A DNA stretch of 56,546 nt from Candidatus Pacearchaeota archaeon (lineage in GTDB: Archaea > Nanobdellota > Nanobdellia > Pacearchaeales > GW2011-AR1), in NCBI GenBank assembly GCA_017608705.1, contig JAFCFJ010000007.1, forward strand, positions 1 through 56,546, written 5' to 3'. Position numbers and translations under genes: made by a program. This document shows, one piece after another, positions 52,642 through 56,546 of this stretch; the first letter of the stretch is position 1; each line of letters opens with the position of its first letter. The notes beneath the pieces are model-generated. The model ran no database searches, was not told where the DNA came from, and worked only from the letters and a program-made list of their open reading frames with translations.

Positions 52642-54015
52642 ATGCTTGATAAAATCGGCGAGGCATTCAGGAAAGGTATAGATAAGATAGCATCAGCAAT
52701 CCTCATTGACAAAAAACTTATTGATGAAATAATACGTGAATTACAGCGTGCACTGCTACTGGCTGATGTCGATGTAGCTTTGGTAAAGCAGATAAGCGAA
52801 GAAATAAGGAAAGAAGGAAGCAAAAAAGTTAAGGGAATTGAAAAGCGCGAGTTGCTAATAAAACTTCTGTATGACAAGTTGCTTGAGATTCTTGGCGAGA
52901 GCCACGATCTAAAACTGAAAAAAGGCTTGAATAAGATAATGCTCATAGGTCTCTATGGTGCAGGGAAAACAACTACTGCTGTAAAACTTGCTAATTATTT
53001 TGCCAAGCGTGGCAAGAAAACATGTGTTATCGGCTTGGATGTGCATAGGCCTGCAGCAAGCGAGCAACTGGAACAGCTGGCTGAAAAAGCAAGCATAGCG
53101 TGTTTCACAGACAAGCAGGAGAGAGATGCGAGCAAGATATGGAAAAAATTTGAGCACGATATAGCTAAATATGATGTTTGTATCATTGATACCGCGGGGC
53201 GTGATGTTCTCGATAAGAAGCTTGTCAATGAAATAAAAAAGCTTGATAAGCTGATAAAACCAGACTACAAGCTCTTTGTCATCGCAGCAGATATTGGACA
53301 GGCTGCGAAAAAACAGGCAAGCGAAATGCAAAAGGCATGCAAAATAAATGGGGTTATCATTACGAGGATGGACTCAAGCGCCAAGGGCGGAGGAGCACTT
53401 ACAGCATGCGCAGAAACGAAGGCACCTGTCTTTTTCATTGGCACCGGCGAGAAGCTTGCGGATATAGAAGCATTTTCTTCACAGGCATTCATCCAGAGGT
53501 TGCTCGGTATGGGTGATTTACATAGCCTGATAGAGAAAGTGCGCAACATCGTGGATGAAAGGCAAGAACAAAAGTTAAAGCAAAAGCTAGAAGAAGGTAA
53601 ATTTACGCTTCTCGAGCTAAAAGAACACCTTGCTTCAATGCAAGAGCTTGGTCCTTTTGATAAACTCCTCGGTATGATTCCTGGATTCGGGAAGATTAAT
53701 GTTTCAGACAATGTATTACAAAAAGAACAGGAAAAGGTGAAAAGATGGCAATATGCCATAGACAGCATGACCATAGAAGAGATAGAGAACCCGGAAATAA
53801 TGGAAAAAGAAAGCTCACGCCTGCAACGTGTTGCGCGTGGCTCTGGCACGACTATAGGGGAACTAAGACAATTACTTGCCCAATACAAACTGCTCAAGAG
53901 CCTTATCAAGCAAGGGAAAAACCTTGAAAACTTAGGACCTGATATGCTCACTAGCATGAGTCAAAAAGAGCTCATGCGCTTTGCCAAAAAATTCAGGAAG
54001 AAGTTTAGATTATAA
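52642..54015 (+). CDS. srp54: signal recognition particle protein SRP54
   Basis: N and G domains: GLYGAGKTTT, DTAGR and TRMDSSAKGG. M domain: LGMGDL...LLGMIPGFG. Confidence 0.95.
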   Translation: MLDKIGEAFRKGIDKIASAILIDKKLIDEIIRELQRALLLADVDVALVKQISEEIRKEGSKKVKGIEKRELLIKLLYDKLLEILGESHDLKLKKGLNKIMLIGLYGAGKTTTAVKLANYFAKRGKKTCVIGLDVHRPAASEQLEQLAEKASIACFTDKQERDASKIWKKFEHDIAKYDVCIIDTAGRDVLDKKLVNEIKKLDKLIKPDYKLFVIAADIGQAAKKQASEMQKACKINGVIITRMDSSAKGGGALTACAETKAPVFFIGTGEKLADIEAFSSQAFIQRLLGMGDLHSLIEKVRNIVDERQEQKLKQKLEEGKFTLLELKEHLASMQELGPFDKLLGMIPGFGKINVSDNVLQKEQEKVKRWQYAIDSMTIEEIENPEIMEKESSRLQRVARGSGTTIGELRQLLAQYKLLKSLIKQGKNLENLGPDMLTSMSQKELMRFAKKFRKKFRL

Positions 54016-54471
54016 TCTACTACATTTAAGATAAATATAGTCAACATAACTGCCATAACTCACATTAATTCCGGTAAATCCCGTTCTACATCCATCTACG
54101 AGGCACAGCTCATCACCTATTAGCTTCCCGCGTGCCTCAATATTGCCAGCTATTATATCTACCTGTTTCTCAATCCTTGGATTCCAGAACGCAACCTTGT
54201 TTCTCTCTTGCGGAGCCGCTATCCTTATCTCAGTATCATTACCAGCATTGTCGCCACCAATAGCTATAATATCACCATAGTCTGTCCTCACAGCCAAGAA
54301 ATTTCCCTGAACAGGATTGTCCCAGCCTGCCTGAATCTCGCTTGCTGTGTGGCCAAGCACAGCCGGATTGCTACCACCATAACCCCTCACCAGAACAATA
54401 GCTATCAAGGCCAAGAGCAAAGGAACAATCACATACAGATGCCTCTTTTCTATGTTGATGATAATTTGCAT
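54010..54471 (-). CDS. hypothetical secreted or membrane-anchored protein
   Basis: A 153-aa ORF with an N-terminal TM segment (LYVIVPLLLALIAIVLV). It is convergent with srp54 and overlaps it by 6 nt. Confidence 0.4.
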   Translation of the reverse strand: MQIIINIEKRHLYVIVPLLLALIAIVLVRGYGGSNPAVLGHTASEIQAGWDNPVQGNFLAVRTDYGDIIAIGGDNAGNDTEIRIAAPQERNKVAFWNPRIEKQVDIIAGNIEARGKLIGDELCLVDGCRTGFTGINVSYGSYVDYIYLKCSRL

Positions 54472-54521
54472 ATCTTTGTTAATTGAACAAAATTTATAAA
54501 ATTTTTCATCCTCGCGGTAAG

Positions 54522-55139
54522 ATGGAAGAAGAAATAATTACGAGAGGCGCGGAAGCTGTATTGATAAGGCAGGGCAACAAGCTTGTAAAAAGAAGGATTA
54601 GCAAGGGCTACAGGCTCAAAGAGATAGATGAAAAATTAAGGCTAAGACGTACAAGACAGGAAGCACGGTTGCTTGCAAAAGCAACAGGCATGGTAGCGGT
54701 GCCTCGTGTGCTCGCTGTAGATGAGAAGAAAAAAGAGCTCGTTATGGAATATATAGGTGGAAAAAAGCTCAGCGAGCATCTCGATAGCATGCCTCTTGAA
54801 AAAGCAAGAATGTTATGTAAAAAAATCGGCGAGTCCATAGCAAAACTGCACGATGCAAACATCATTCATGGTGACCTAACAACGAGCAATATGATATATG
54901 TGGAAAAAGAAGATAAGGTTTATTTCATAGATTTTGGTCTTGGTTTCCATTCAACACGCATAGAAGATAAGGCTGTAGATTTACACTTGCTCAAGCAAGC
55001 TCTCGAAGCCAAGCATTTTGCTCATTGGCAAGAACTTTTCAATGCTGTTATCGATGGCTATAGCATTAGCGAAAATTCAGCCAAGGTGCTCGAGAGACTA
55101 GAAAAAGTTGAGAAGCGAGGTAGGTATAAGCATAAATAA
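54522..55139 (+). CDS. bud32: Bud32/PRPK-type kinase of the KEOPS complex (stand-alone)
   Basis: RGAEAVLI, the catalytic loop IIHGDLTTSNMIY, FIDFGL and DLHLL are present. I set the start at the ATG at 54522, about 20-25 nt after an AAATTTATAAAAT box. Confidence 0.85.
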   Translation: MEEEIITRGAEAVLIRQGNKLVKRRISKGYRLKEIDEKLRLRRTRQEARLLAKATGMVAVPRVLAVDEKKKELVMEYIGGKKLSEHLDSMPLEKARMLCKKIGESIAKLHDANIIHGDLTTSNMIYVEKEDKVYFIDFGLGFHSTRIEDKAVDLHLLKQALEAKHFAHWQELFNAVIDGYSISENSAKVLERLEKVEKRGRYKHK

Positions 55140-55193
55140 CCTAAGCTTAGTGGTGCATAAATTTTTTAACTGAAAAAAAGCGCAATAGTGTAA

Positions 55194-55266
55194 AGCCCCG
55201 TGGTGTAGCGGTCAAGCATACAGGCCTTTGGAGCCTGTGACCCCGGTTCGAATCCGGGCGGGGCTA
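55194..55266 (+). tRNA. tRNA-Gln (TTG)
   Basis: AGCCCCG TG GTGT AGCGGTCAAGC ATAC A CAGGC CTTTGGA GCCTG TGAC CCCGG TTCGAAT CCGGG CGGGGCT A. Confidence 0.9.
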
Positions 55267-55313
55267 TCCAAACACAAAAATGGAAAAAGGAACAGTTCAA
55301 AGACATATATGAA

Positions 55314-56327
55314 ATGAAAAAGTTTGCAGAAGTAACTGAAGGAATAACGAAGGACATAGCACTGATAGAAGATGAAGTTTATGGAAGACGGGCAGAGAAT
55401 AACTCAGATGCACAAGAAATCATCGAGAAAAACAAAGAATATATATTGAAACAAATAGAAGAGCTGGAAAAATACGGAAAAGCACATTTCAAGCTATGGG
55501 ATGCGAAAATGAGATGTGGAAACACAACAATAAGCTATGAAGAATATTATTTCGGAAACTTTGATGAAAAGTTATGTGGAAAAAGTGGTCCAGAATATAT
55601 AGAAAAGTTTAACAAAACGAAAATTGTTTTTACAAATAACACCCGTGTTATAGAGGAGGAAGCACTTAATTCTTTTATGATATTTATTGTAGAATCTCTT
55701 TTTTGGAAAAGAACCAACAGAAAAGATATTAAAAATATTGAGGAACTCTTCGGAACCACGCTGAGTATATATTATGACAGAATAATTTTTTATTATCTTC
55801 CTCCTAACTTTAGGTCCAATATTAACAAGAGATACAGAAGAAAGGATTCTTTTTATGGAAGGCGAGATGATATAAACCTGACTAAGGAAATAAAAGAAAT
55901 AAAAAGATTTGTAAAAGAACTTGATACGCCGAGTAAGGAGGAGATAGATAAGTTAGAGCTGGCTTCATGGTGTATGGAGGGGTACAGAAAATATGGGGGC
56001 TCGTATGAAAAGGTACCGAGGAATGCCGTGATAGCCGCAATTTCTCGTGTTCCGCTGCCAGAGAGAATTTATATTAGACTCCATATCAAGGGGATATGTA
56101 ACTGGTTTGAAAGAAAAACAAAGGAAAGAGCATATGAGATAGTAGAAAAGATAAATAGTGAAAAGAACCCATTTTTAATATTGATTTATGAAGATTATCT
56201 TAACATGTTAGTTGAGTGTAGTAAGGATATACTTACAACGACATACGGAGTACGTTACGGAGGGCTAAAATGCATAAAGGAGAGCACTAGCAAACAATTA
56301 ATAGAATGGTTAGAAAAAACAAACTAA
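55314..56327 (+). CDS. hypothetical protein (orphan, AT-rich)
   Basis: A 337-aa ORF with no recognisable motif, no TM segment and no signal peptide. It lies between tRNA-Gln and rps15. Confidence 0.4.
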   Translation: MKKFAEVTEGITKDIALIEDEVYGRRAENNSDAQEIIEKNKEYILKQIEELEKYGKAHFKLWDAKMRCGNTTISYEEYYFGNFDEKLCGKSGPEYIEKFNKTKIVFTNNTRVIEEEALNSFMIFIVESLFWKRTNRKDIKNIEELFGTTLSIYYDRIIFYYLPPNFRSNINKRYRRKDSFYGRRDDINLTKEIKEIKRFVKELDTPSKEEIDKLELASWCMEGYRKYGGSYEKVPRNAVIAAISRVPLPERIYIRLHIKGICNWFERKTKERAYEIVEKINSEKNPFLILIYEDYLNMLVECSKDILTTTYGVRYGGLKCIKESTSKQLIEWLEKTN

Positions 56328-56360
56328 AAATTTAAAAATACCCCTTCATGCCAACTTAAC

Positions 56361-56546
56361 ATGTCAGCGAAACAAGAGCAAAAACCCCCATGGCTGAAGT
56401 ATAAGCTTGAGGATGTAGAAAAGATAGTGGTGAATCTGGCAAGGCAAGGATTTACAGCAGAAAAAATCGGGCTTGTGTTGCGGGACCAGTATGGCATACC
56501 CACAGTGCGTGTTTATGGCACGAGACTTGCAGACATACTGAAGAAA
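56361..56546 (+). CDS. rps15: 30S ribosomal protein S15 (uS15 / S13e), N-terminal part; runs off the window end
   Basis: Not in the ORF track because there is no stop in the window. From the ATG at 56361 it reads MSAKQEQKPPWLKYKLEDVEKIVVNLARQGFTAEKIGLVLRDQYGIPTVRVYGTRLADILKK. An AAAAATTTAAAAATA box lies about 25 nt upstream. Confidence 0.85.
   Translation, partial: MSAKQEQKPPWLKYKLEDVEKIVVNLARQGFTAEKIGLVLRDQYGIPTVRVYGTRLADILKK

Noticed and set aside
53265-53957. 230-aa minus-strand ORF
   Set aside because: It is antisense within srp54 and its sequence is low-complexity.

Overview
The window is a compact, gene-dense archaeal chromosome segment, moderately AT-rich by eye. The archaeal assignment rests on aRF1, TFB, TFE, TFS, aMBF1, Alba, an Sm-like protein, EndA, GINS, an Nre-family protein, ribosomal proteins eS8, eS17, eL42 (L44e), eS1 (S3Ae) and uS15, SRP54/FtsY and Bud32. 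The small proteins, lysine-rich tails, bacterial-type AlaRS and LeuRS, scattered single tRNA genes and giant surface protein resemble reduced DPANN-type archaea. That lineage call is inference only. I can support about 65 protein genes and 9 tRNA genes (Met/Ile2-CAT, Ala-GGC, Arg-TCT, Cys-GCA, Lys-CTT, Leu-TAG, Val-TAC, Thr-TGT, Gln-TTG). I found no rRNA, CRISPR array, transposase or integrase. Many genes have a TTTAAA/TTTATA-type box about 20-35 nt upstream of the ATG, which suggests short or absent leaders.

Most interesting observations:
- A tRNA-flanked, two-gene surface module at 37946-45698. It encodes a 623-aa protein with a prepilin-like N-terminus, overlapping a gene for a ~1969-aa secreted, Cys-rich giant protein. 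I recognise no domain in either.
- A full-length bacterial-type DisA diadenylate cyclase directly followed by a DHH/DHHA1 phosphoesterase. This may be a self-contained c-di-AMP make-and-break pair.
- Lesions in normally essential genes. leuS has an internal gap of about 44 aa plus two frame changes. ftsY has a gap of about 7-8 aa plus a frame change. tRNA-Arg lacks its 3' acceptor strand. glyS lacks its last ~30 aa.
- A palindromic operator between the TATA box and the start of a trx-trxB-wHTH operon.

All homology calls come from motif recognition by eye. No database search was run.
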